Of a stretch of 5,317 nucleotides of DNA, positions 5,291-5,317 are shown one piece after another. The notes beneath the pieces are model-generated. The model made no database searches. It had not been told where the DNA came from and saw only the letters and a program-made list of their open reading frames with translations. The DNA lies in the IMG/VR virus record IMGVR_UViG_2541047680_000003; one strand, 5' to 3'. Made by a program: the position numbers and the translations under genes. Each line of letters opens with the position of its first letter. The first letter of the stretch is position 1. This stretch comes from a virus (Duplodnaviria > Heunggongvirae > Uroviricota > Caudoviricetes).

Positions 5291-5317
5291 ATCAGCACAT
5301 AATTCCCCATTATACGC
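5291..5317. other. Half of the telomere resolution palindrome (telO/telRL half-site); the window ends at the dyad centre, implying a hairpin telomere
   Basis: ATCAGCACATAATTCCCCATTATACGC differs at only about three positions from the left half of N15 telRL as I recall it (TATCAGCACACAATTGCCCATTATACGC|GCG...). The last bases CCATTATACGC equal the left half of the 22-bp telO palindrome. Confidence 0.8.

Larger units (their letters stand above)
1..5317. mobile_element. Telomere-proximal arm of an N15-family linear phage-plasmid (protelomerase gene, half telomere palindrome, c4/CI-type immunity module)
   Basis: Combination of a TelN-like protelomerase ORF, a terminal half-palindrome matching the remembered N15 telO/telRL half-site, and an antisense-RNA/antirepressor operon. 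Gene order (replication gene fragment, small ORFs, immunity module, telN, telomere) matches the N15 family layout as I recall it. Confidence 0.8.

Noticed and set aside
5273-5302. Plus-strand promoter-like TTGACT-18 nt-CATAAT pointing outward through the telomere
   Set aside because: In the hairpin-ended linear form there is no duplex beyond the telomere to transcribe. It might act only in the uncut circular or phage-genome form; speculative and overlapping the protelomerase site.
1-5317. CRISPR arrays, IS elements / transposase genes, integrase, rRNA genes
   Set aside because: No spaced direct-repeat array, no terminal inverted repeats bracketing a transposase-like ORF, and no ORF resembling an integrase or transposase apart from the protelomerase; nothing suggests these.

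Overview
This window reads as the telomere-proximal arm of an N15-family linear phage-plasmid (N15 / phiKO2 / PY54 type). Three things support that: (1) a 627-aa minus-strand ORF (3243..5126) with the hallmarks of a protelomerase (TelN-like), including Tyr424 in a QLHYKQF motif; (2) the window ends at 5317 exactly on what looks like the dyad centre of the protelomerase target palindrome (...ATCAGCACATAATTCCCCATTATACGC), as expected for a covalently closed hairpin end; (3) a plus-strand immunity/anti-repressor module at 1579..3071 organised like P1 immI, P4 CI and N15 immA. That module has a promoter, a leader with two short target boxes, an intrinsic terminator, a compact tRNA-like structured RNA carrying two exposed antisense segments, a second copy of the targets overlapping the RBS of the first gene, and three translationally coupled genes (ATGA overlaps) ending in a Bro-N-type antirepressor. 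Upstream, 1..1517 holds an ORF open to the window edge (possibly the 3' end of a replication gene, with an ori-like inverted repeat around an AT-rich core) and three small ORFs of unknown function, one with a predicted transmembrane helix. The module type is established biology; the specific RNA structure, target boxes, ori-like element and unknown small ORFs are read from the sequence and are the parts most worth testing. All homology statements rest on recalled motifs and visual reading, not on searches.
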